Part shown: positions 56,501-64,000 of the stretch, in pieces
Layout of the letters: each line of letters starts with the position of its first letter
Numbering within the stretch: the stretch's first letter is position 1
Assembly (NCBI GenBank): GCA_964019335.1
Contig: OZ025660.1
Coordinates: forward strand, 310,001 to 374,000
Length of the DNA stretch: 64,000 nt
Direction: 5' to 3'
DNA from: Diplonema japonicum
Taxonomy: Eukaryota > Protista > Euglenozoa: Diplonemea
Made by a program: the position numbers and the translations under genes
Notes under the pieces: generated by a model
What the model saw: the letters and a program-made list of their open reading frames with translations, nothing else
Databases searched by the model: none
What the model was told of the DNA's origin: nothing

Positions 56501-58599
56501 TTCTCGCTCTGGATGACAGCATTGACGAGAGATCTCAGATATGCCAGCACAGACTGGTTCTCATCGACCTCTGTCATGGAGAAGATCTGCAGGTTCTTCT
56601 TCCCTAGTAGCTCTTGCTGCTCTTCACTGAGCGCGGATGTCACTTGGAACTGTGTGTTTGCAGGGTACAGCCATTCCCTTTCTCTCCCGAATCTCGACCA
56701 CCTAGCTATGCATACAGGTGTGGTCCCGGTCAGTGAAAACACGGCAACCTTGGTGTCGTCTCCCGCGAAAGATGTTGCCACACCCCTGTCGCCAGACGTG
56801 GAGGAGTAGGCACCCCACAAGACCACCTTGTCGTCGCCATACAAGGACCTAGGCAGACTCACGTTCCTTAGTCCCCTGTACGTCTTTAGACCGCCAGGGC
56901 CAACGTCAGTCTTTGCCTTCTCGATGGCGCGGTCGATGAAGTACATGAGGGGGCTCACCGCCTCAAGCAGCCATGTGGCCGCTTCGAACCAGTAGTCGGT
57001 TATCTGCGTCTTACCGCTGTCTGGGGACGTGATGTGCCACCCAGAGGAGTCTGCTTCAATAGTGTAGTCAGGGCGGGCAAGGTCTGCGAAAGTACTAGTA
57101 GCCGGCTGGTAGGGATAGACACCTTGGGCGGGGCCCTTCTCGTTGATGTGAAACTTCGGCGTCGCTTTCCACTGCTTCATCCTCATGGTGTAGTTGAGCT
57201 GCCAGAAGATCTGATCGTCGAATGTGTTGTTGCACCTTGCGAGGGTCACCACTTTACCGTTCACAAGCACGGAGGGCTTCGACCCGGAGAGGGCAAGGAT
57301 GAAGTGCTGCCCGTTCCAAACGAGATGCTGCAACTCCAAAGCGTGTGCGAGGATGCCCGGCGGGGGCTCGGCATTGGTACCTACTTTGTGCTGAATGAGG
57401 TCGCGCAGCAAAGGCCCAGTGATGCCAACGGTGTCTAAGTCGCCCAAGTATGTCTTGGCATCGGTGAACATTTCTATCGCTTCAAAGAAGGGGTCCTTGA
57501 TGTCAGCGGCGCTGGCTATCCAGGATATGAACACATCGTCAGCTTGCTTCGTGCTGATGAACTTCAGGAACGACTTAAACTCCTTGTGCCGTTCAGGGAT
57601 GTACTCCTGCTGGTTGGGCTCTGCAAACAGTTTCTCGATGAAAATCTTAGTAACAGTGCCGAGAGCGAACCCAAGATCCCACCCTGCCCACGTGATGCTC
57701 TCGTCCGCGTTTCTGCTGTAAATATACTCAATGACGCCAGAGGGTGGCAGGTCAGCCAATGGGGGGTCGAAGTTGAAATCTTCTTGCGAGGGAGGAGGGA
57801 GCCACGCGACTGTATCGTGAAGAGGAGCCCGCATTGGGCGGCCCTTCAGGTCCTGCGGGGTTTCAAACCTGATGAGTTTGATGTTTTTATCGAAGAAACC
57901 GAGTACGTGTTCTGAGTCTGCTGGGACGGGGAGACCTTCCATTGTACAAGTGCCACATTCGAGACCCTTTGCCTTGAACCAATTCGAGTTAAGTGCGAAC
58001 TTTGAAGGGTCTTTTTGATACGCGTCTTCAAGAGGTTGTTGCTGTGCGACTCTAGTCCATGTAGGTGGGTTGGCGTCAGCGTTCCACACTGCCCAGGTGA
58101 AGGGACGGGATTTCTGCGAGGCGGAGTAAAGGTAAAGAGGCAGCACGATTCCCGGCGACAGACCGTCAGAATGGTGTTCTGCGACTACGTTTGTATTCAG
58201 CTTGAGATCCTCCATAGTCTTCGCGTCCCATAAAGCCCCTGTGGGATACGCCCATGTGGCGATGGAGTGTAGGAGGTCGTTCTGGTTTTTTTCGTTGTCC
58301 AGATGTCCTTCAAAAGGTTTGTAGTCCTTTGGGTAGTAGTCTAATTTTATTATTTCGGAAGGCTTGTTGGCGCCTTGTGCCTTATCGATGCCGTCGCCGA
58401 ACTTCGGGTCGCTTTCTTCAAGCGACTCGACGCCTGCTTGCTGATCAAACCAACGTACTGCAGCAGCCTTTAATATCTTACCCTTCACGACCTTCAAACA
58501 AGCTTGCAGGGCTGCGCTGATAATCTTCTCCTCGTCGCCCGCGTTTTTCAGAACGTCAACAAGCTGCTCCTTTGCTATGCATGATGCCTCTGTGGCCAT
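53557..58599 (-). CDS. ADP-ribosyltransferase (R-S-E class) fused to a C-terminal divergent alpha-tubulin domain
   Basis: Single 1680-aa ORF. ART motifs TYRG, YSSTS and FGREREWLYP (about 56640-56885). Tubulin domain about 53557-54850 with GQAGCQ, PRGLFID, GGGVGSG, VVEPYN, DNQAIY, LNRLIAQ, TNLVPYP and KRAFVH. Confidence 0.88.
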   Translation of the reverse strand: MATEASCIAKEQLVDVLKNAGDEEKIISAALQACLKVVKGKILKAAAVRWFDQQAGVESLEESDPKFGDGIDKAQGANKPSEIIKLDYYPKDYKPFEGHLDNEKNQNDLLHSIATWAYPTGALWDAKTMEDLKLNTNVVAEHHSDGLSPGIVLPLYLYSASQKSRPFTWAVWNADANPPTWTRVAQQQPLEDAYQKDPSKFALNSNWFKAKGLECGTCTMEGLPVPADSEHVLGFFDKNIKLIRFETPQDLKGRPMRAPLHDTVAWLPPPSQEDFNFDPPLADLPPSGVIEYIYSRNADESITWAGWDLGFALGTVTKIFIEKLFAEPNQQEYIPERHKEFKSFLKFISTKQADDVFISWIASAADIKDPFFEAIEMFTDAKTYLGDLDTVGITGPLLRDLIQHKVGTNAEPPPGILAHALELQHLVWNGQHFILALSGSKPSVLVNGKVVTLARCNNTFDDQIFWQLNYTMRMKQWKATPKFHINEKGPAQGVYPYQPATSTFADLARPDYTIEADSSGWHITSPDSGKTQITDYWFEAATWLLEAVSPLMYFIDRAIEKAKTDVGPGGLKTYRGLRNVSLPRSLYGDDKVVLWGAYSSTSGDRGVATSFAGDDTKVAVFSLTGTTPVCIARWSRFGREREWLYPANTQFQVTSALSEEQQELLGKKNLQIFSMTEVDENQSVLAYLRSLVNAVIQSEKAARMPRHVSQIFRIMQAVEESEYRTALQECCDPKGLVVTTEAGVDIAHLLQKLSEKTTSGVLEYIARYQSDSDPAALIDLVKCGSMIGLEVSDAFRWVQFFEENDRKLLSKQAALIAQEMSWRKDITLEQFKEHAPFLESLQVYQLSNLAAVEVTGLRSTTAHMNGVYKREGNEMKFLQVSPVRVNSFPVIAWDEATKLWRLTDTAMRGIDRDPMWDRWEPVNRTILTWGGLQWMQDPCRDNVMARQDWGWPKIEKHIVANVPRNELPFPKPVYEYMEEYHAALCEEDPDYRRELFEAKGYLDGEEEGQARDPDLDTFTKIMRRMKNKRVPEVVTNETPFVIPVELGTVLRTGPSPNLDDSCVLSYDVNHYEEVLPDIPTEEEEEEDTELAQEAEERESPQAEAETALEAAPERKNNKKVTLRETFRSRMHEDIGNRRFYTRTTVSDNFTEAEYNTEFRSYLYMGPHEEFYQRWCRVQEQDQQIANLQYDVKKFETGLQASEARVKHYERYMADEKNTARKKYQRDTTFLEPYQDTDWWGASASPQGNESGLITIGVGQAGCQVCEELWRLYYAEHEMDKAEGVGGWDVLFSDKASGERVPRGLFIDTDPTPPETIKASLNGYGFQDRSFLAGKGSCATFSRAESIYTDYLVTGAAEEMRRQAEELDVILGFQMHHAIGGGVGSGVACKLLKKMASHYPKARVQNYCIFPSPEVSTSVVEPYNAMLAAGMMLRDTTFTVVFDNQAIYRLLAAPTMKVPDISYVDLNRLIAQVNAAVTCSFRFPAVSNRIDLATLETNLVPYPMLHQIVPSYAPLLSKYYEFSGDPTVASLTKAVSHTALVSTKGRGKLLGGHLQYRGNISEGVANKSCERLKAAGLESSWQSCLKMAVSKQAPGNLPAGYLQKFDKSLTMLSNTSAVTSTLSTIHKKWKTLYAKRAFVHYYQESGSEEQQFLEAAEDIMTVEEYYKEATTELEEDDDDYY

Positions 58600-60074
58600 T
58601 TTTTTTTTCTTTTTCTCCTTTGCTTTTTTTTTTTAATTCTTCCGTGTTGTACTCGAAGGGGGGGGATATATATTCTTTTAAAAATCTCTTTTTTCCTTAA
58701 AGAAAAGAAAATAGGAAGGGAGGGCGTGGTTTGAGTGTTGTGTTTGTTTTAATTGTTTTCTTTTTGGGGGGGGGGGTTGTTCTTTTTATTCTTTTTATTC
58801 TTTTTTTTTTAATTTACGACCTCACATATCTCCAAAAAGCGAAAAGAAAAAAAAGAAGAATCGGCCGTTGTTTATTCGCTGGTGGAAACCTGGAGAAGTT
58901 TAAACCTGTAAACACGTTCTTTGTTTAATTTTTTTCCCTCACATTTTTTCATTTTTTTTTCCCAGCACGTCGTAGCTCGAGACACTTTAGAGTTCAGAGG
59001 CGCTACAAATAAGAAGAAAAAGCAACCTAAGAAATCGATCTTTTAACGTCAAGGCGACACTAGCCAAACGGCGCTCAGCACGACGACCAGTAAGTTTCTT
59101 ACGTTGGCACAGACTTGAAGGTCTTGCTGCCCCTTTAAAAAAATTGAAAGCATTGCTGAAAGATGAAGAAATTTGAGGAGAGGGGGTTCACTTCCCTTTT
59201 CATTTAGATAAGCACTATTTTCAAAGAGTGCTTTCTTTGTAGTAGAAAGAAAACCCCCCCCTTTCCCCTTGCCGGATGGCAGGAAGAAGGAAGAAAAAAA
59301 AAAAAGAAAGGAAAAAGAAAGAAAAGGGCGTGCCTTTCAACACATGGTGTGCTGTCCCATATTTTTAAAGTTTCAATAATAAAAAAAGGGGGAGGGAGGG
59401 GAGGAGGGGAAATTAACAAAGTAAACCAGCGAATTTCATTTCCTTTTTTTCTTCGCTGCACGCATTTCAAAAAAAAAAAATAAAATAAAAAGATTTAAGT
59501 CGATGGTGAAAAACTAACGTCTCCATCACTATCTCTAAAACCCGCTTAGTACCCCCCCCCCCCCCCCCCCCCCCCCGTGTTTGGAGCATACAGAAAATTG
59601 CTGATTTCTTCAGAACAAAGGCTGCAATGAACTTTTCCCCCAAAATTGTTTGGGGGTTGTTGCATGATTGAAGTTGCTGGAATTCTTGTGTTAAAGATCT
59701 TCTCAGCCAAAATCTTTGGAAGGATTCTTCCTTGAATTCTCTGTATGCCCCCTAAGACCAAGTCCAGTATTGACCAGACGGGTTTTAGAGATATGGGACG
59801 TGGAAGGAAAAGAAGAAGGAAGAACCGACCCTTTGCGTGATGAAAGGGACACGTTGGGAAAAAAAGATAGAAAGACGAGACTTAGGTTTAAAAAAAAAAT
59901 CTCGCTCAAACCAAATAATAGGCTTGGAACCAGTGGTCTATCAGAATATTGACCGTCTGGAAGGGAGTGGGGGAAGCTGATGCATCAGCAGAATATAAAA
60001 AAAAAAAAAAAAATAACTTGTGATGGGAGGGGAGGGGATTAAGATTAGTTACAAAAACGCTGCTTGGTCTTTGT

Positions 60075-60105
<31 letters not shown>

Positions 60106-61373
60106 AAAATGGGGCTTTGATTGCAACACTAGGTGGCGTTAAGTGTGCAACGAAAAAATGGGGGCGGGAAATAAAAGAGAAAAAGAAGTGGAATTGATGA
60201 TTTCTTTTAACATCTCTATGGACCCCCCCATATTAATAATTTAAAATAATTTGAAGGAAAGAAAAAAAAAAGAAAAAGAATTCAATCCCTTTCATGTTCG
60301 CTTTGGTGAGAAAGAAAAAAAAAGAAAACTTGATCTTTTAACGTAAGGTGGCACAAGTCAAAACACACAGCACGACTCCCCCCCCGGGATGTTTGTAGAC
60401 AAACGACACACATTTGGAGTGAGCTTCTAACCTGTGCGGTGCGCCACTTCAGACAAAAAAAAAAAGAAAAGAACAAGTGCACATTATTCTCTGAAGACCG
60501 AGGTGGAGAATGTTTCTTTCATTTTCTTTTTTATTTGTTTTGACACCTATTGGGCTCAATAATCATTGTTTTGAACTAACTGAGCTACCAGACCGGGTAT
60601 ACGGACAGAGGGCGCATATATTTCTTCACAATACCCTAACACTTCTACCATAATTTTTAAGCACCCACATGAGAGAGATATCAAGGAAAGACCAAAAAAA
60701 AAGAGAAAAAAAAGAGACATTTAAAAAAGAATTAGAGAATTTCGAAGTAAAAGGACACACCCAAAACGTCCTATATACCGCATAAACATGGGGAGAGGGG
60801 TCACTCATATTTCATAGCCATACCATAGTAGAAAAGCAGAACCGTATAAAATTTATGGGGAACAATGGTTTCCTTGGCCTGTCTATTGCGACACAGAAGC
60901 ACAAGGAGGGGGGGGGGGGGGGGGGGGGCGCAGGGAAAGGGAAAGAGAAAAGATGATTTATTTTTATTATTAGCATGATGAAATAACTTGGAGTGGGGGG
61001 GGGGCTATATAAAACTTTTTTTTCTCCTTTTTTTTAAAGTTTCTTTTCCCCCCGTTCTCTTTTCGCACGAATAAAGCCTTTCTACTTCATTCTTGTTCTT
61101 TTGTCAAACTGGCGCGATATTTTGTTAATTTGCAACACATTTTTCCTCTTGCCACTTTTCTTCTCGGGAACTTGAGTCACTCACCGAAGGCTCTGAATAA
61201 AAAGCCCCCCCGTGAACCGAAGAATGGCCTTCGGAGTGACGAGATTCCCGAGAGAAAAAAAAAAAAAAAACTAATTATGGGACAATGGCCCACAAAGCCA
61301 CCTGGAGGGGGAGGGTGGGAGAATTCAACGAAAATTCGTTCTCTTTTTCCTTTTTTTTTTTGACTGTATTTCT

Positions 61374-61409
<36 letters not shown>

Positions 61410-62089
61410 CTGTTACTATGGTATTCAACAGAATTGGTTCATTTTTTTCGTCTCATTTTTTTTTTTTTTTTGAAAGGGGGAAAAAAAAAAAAGAGGGAGG
61501 TCGATCTACTTTTTACCAGGGAAAAAACCAGCGCGCCGCAAAATAGATTGAGTCCCCCCCCCCCCCCCCCCCCCCTCTTTTTCATCCTTTTGCATTCTGT
61601 GGGAGGAGCCACGGCAATGGGTTTTCCACATCCCAGCACAACACCACGGTTTCAGGTTAACAGGCTCATGGACTACTACTAGACCCCGAGGAAGGGTGAG
61701 TGAGGGGGATTGGACTCAAGGGGGGTTTTTTTCCCCTCAGAAATTATAGAACCGAATATAGATTTTTTATGACCCTTCCCTCTGGCCGGGGGAAGAAGAA
61801 CGAGAAAAACAAAATGTAAACACTGTTTCAGTTGGTATTTCATTTATTATTATTATTATTATTATTCCCTCGTTTAAGTTTCCAATAGTAAGCATCTTGT
61901 GGTGTTCGTTCATAAGGAATTAAAATGTTTCCCTTTTTTTTTCCTTCTTTCGTGAAGGGACTTTGGGGATAGGACAAGGGCATTGTCCAAAGAAAAAAAA
62001 AAAAAGAAAATTCTTTTTTTTTTTAATTGTCCTCATTCTTTCGTCGGCTGTTTCGTTCTTTTAACTGGCCCTTTATAGAAATCACACAT

Positions 62090-62090
<1 letters not shown>

Positions 62091-62121
<31 letters not shown>
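62091..62121. repeat. (CA)n microsatellite
   Basis: Direct read. Confidence 0.95.
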
Positions 62122-62123
<2 letters not shown>

Positions 62124-62798
62124 GGTCTTTTCTTTCTTTTTTTTTTTCTTCTTTTGAGAATGGATACAATCCACAAGGCTGTAGAATGCCTCTTCCAGTA
62201 TATAAGTAATAGGAATCGAAAAAAATGCTCGAACACCCTTTTAAGGGCAAAACAACGTTTCCTTTGTTTTTGCAAAAGCCCAAAGAGAGGGCGATGGTGA
62301 GTGGGGGAGGGGGGAGAGAATTGTTAACGCAAAGGTGTGAGCACTTTACATAGCGCTTCTTCACCTTCACGGGGGGGGAATAAAAAAAAAGAAAAACAAA
62401 ACAAGTTTTGCTTCTTCTGCTTTTCTCTAAAGTTTAAAAAAAAAGAATAATTAACTAAAACTGGTCCCACGGGAATAGGTATTTTCGAGTACATGCGCCC
62501 GTAACTTTTTTTTTTTCTTATGTGCGAGTAAAGCGAAGATAAGGAAGGTGGAGAAAAAAAAAAAAAAGAGGGAAAAAAAAAAAAAGGAATTGATCATTTA
62601 ACTGAAGTCAAATGCGATTTTGTTTGCACGTGTCGTGGGGTAGGGGAAGGGGGGGGGGAGGTAAAAACCCTGAAGAAATTTATAAAACCGGGTAAAACCC
62701 CGCAATTTGCCATATGTCCCCCGTGTTATTATTACAAGTCAAAGACTCGCTCTGCCAAACACCTTCAAACTGAGAACTCAAGTTACATTTTTTTTTTC

Positions 62799-62911
<113 letters not shown>

Positions 62912-63014
62912 TTTTTTGAATTGCTTGACTTTCTTTTTTTTTTGATTGATAGTGAAAAAGGGTGTGAGTTGTGGTTACTTTTTTTTCCCCCCCCCATATA
63001 AATAATTTCACATT

Positions 63015-63998
63015 CTACATCGCACAGCGTGAGTTCCTCCTGACAGAGGGAAAAGCGGGAACCAAAATTTGCTGAAAGAAAAAAAATTCCATTTCCCCCC
63101 CCCACATGCATACCTCTATAAACTTTCTAACCCGCACCTCATTGGGAATGAAAGGGTTCGGATACTTCACCGTTGCAACTACACACAGAAGGAAGCAGAA
63201 CCCCTCATACCCCACACGGACTCTCTCAGAAGGAATGCTCGAGTTGACTCCCACAGGGAGCGCCTTATAGTATATAGTGGAAAGAATATGATGCGTCAGC
63301 CGAGCATCCACCACTTTCAAGGTATCAGTGAACAATTTTTTGAAAGACGAGAATGTGAGGTTCCGCCCGTCCGAGTTTGTCTGATAAACCTTTTCCAGCC
63401 CATGCCTGTACTCGTTCAAAAGAGCAGCAATGCTTGGCGACTGCATGATGTGCTTCACACTCCCGACATCGCAGCGCCAGCAAAGCACGTCGACCACATT
63501 TCTGACAAACAGTTCGAACAGCTCTCTAGGATCGCCCTCCACGTCTCCTGTTAATGATAATGAGAGGCAGAACCGCAAGAAGGATTCTACGGTCATGCAC
63601 TCTGCAGGGTCTTTGATCTTCAGCTTCAGGTCCCTTACAAAGCCCCTTACATCAACACGCCCCTCGCCTTCCACGTAGTAGTAATGGTACACCTGACGCA
63701 GGCCTCTGTAGCTCTCTGTCACCACGTCGTTGAGTGAGTCAGTGGTATCGACGGAGTCCTCGAGAGGGATGGCTAGTAAGGTCGCGACGTCGACCTCCTT
63801 CAATCTCCATGCGGCCATGTCGTCCAGTTCATCCCTGCTGTACGCCAGGGCAGGCGTCTCTGCAGTGTGCCTCCGCAGCGTCCACATCAGAAGCGTCTTC
63901 ATGAGTGTCGACGATGCTGTGTCCAGCTCCGCACGCACATCCATGAAGACTGCCACTGCCGCCTTCCATCCTTCAGGGGTCGTTGGTTTTTCCTCCAT
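63015..63998 (-). CDS. Hypothetical protein, possibly 5'-partial; likely in-frame intron near 63073-63114
   Basis: 327-aa ORF with ordinary composition running to the window edge. Confidence 0.55.
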   Translation of the reverse strand: MEEKPTTPEGWKAAVAVFMDVRAELDTASSTLMKTLLMWTLRRHTAETPALAYSRDELDDMAAWRLKEVDVATLLAIPLEDSVDTTDSLNDVVTESYRGLRQVYHYYYVEGEGRVDVRGFVRDLKLKIKDPAECMTVESFLRFCLSLSLTGDVEGDPRELFELFVRNVVDVLCWRCDVGSVKHIMQSPSIAALLNEYRHGLEKVYQTNSDGRNLTFSSFKKLFTDTLKVVDARLTHHILSTIYYKALPVGVNSSIPSERVRVGYEGFCFLLCVVATVKYPNPFIPNEVRVRKFIEVCMWGGEMEFFFFQQILVPAFPSVRRNSRCAM

Positions 63999-64000
63999 TG

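Noticed and set aside
6750-60930. Long G/C homopolymers as G-quadruplex regulatory sites
   Set aside because: Ubiquitous like the A/T runs, and their lengths are error-prone; no specific evidence.
59200-62700. Short ORFs or possible exons
   Set aside because: Dominated by homopolymers; no supportable protein model.

Overview
Eukaryotic nuclear DNA, most likely a euglenozoan (diplonemid-like). This is inferred from three things: every credible gene over 64 kb lies on the minus strand, the genes carry short GT-AG introns rich in homopolymers, and single-hairpin AGA-box snoRNA-like elements are present. About 21 protein genes are supported. Ordinary ones: two identical citrate synthase copies, a 2OG-Fe(II) oxygenase, a RING E3 ligase, Hsp110, Hip/ST13, a JmjC protein, GH127, a NEK kinase, a rhomboid protease, a PhnP-like MBL and an OATP-like transporter. 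Most unusual: (1) an intronless 1680-aa protein fusing an R-S-E ADP-ribosyltransferase domain to a C-terminal divergent alpha-tubulin; (2) three tandem nucleotidyltransferase-like genes sharing an essentially identical 868-bp catalytic core but with diverged C-termini, bracketed by the duplicated citrate synthase; (3) a cluster of about 9 snoRNA-like elements (five AGA-box hairpins, two SNORD52/snR78-like C/D copies, two weaker C/D candidates) apparently inside one 2.4-kb intron of a PDZ-like/bromodomain gene; (4) a non-LTR retrotransposon family whose six pieces all lie sense to host transcription and are bounded by T-rich tracts. There are also three TIR elements and several short dispersed repeats. 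All calls were made by eye from motifs; no database searches were run.
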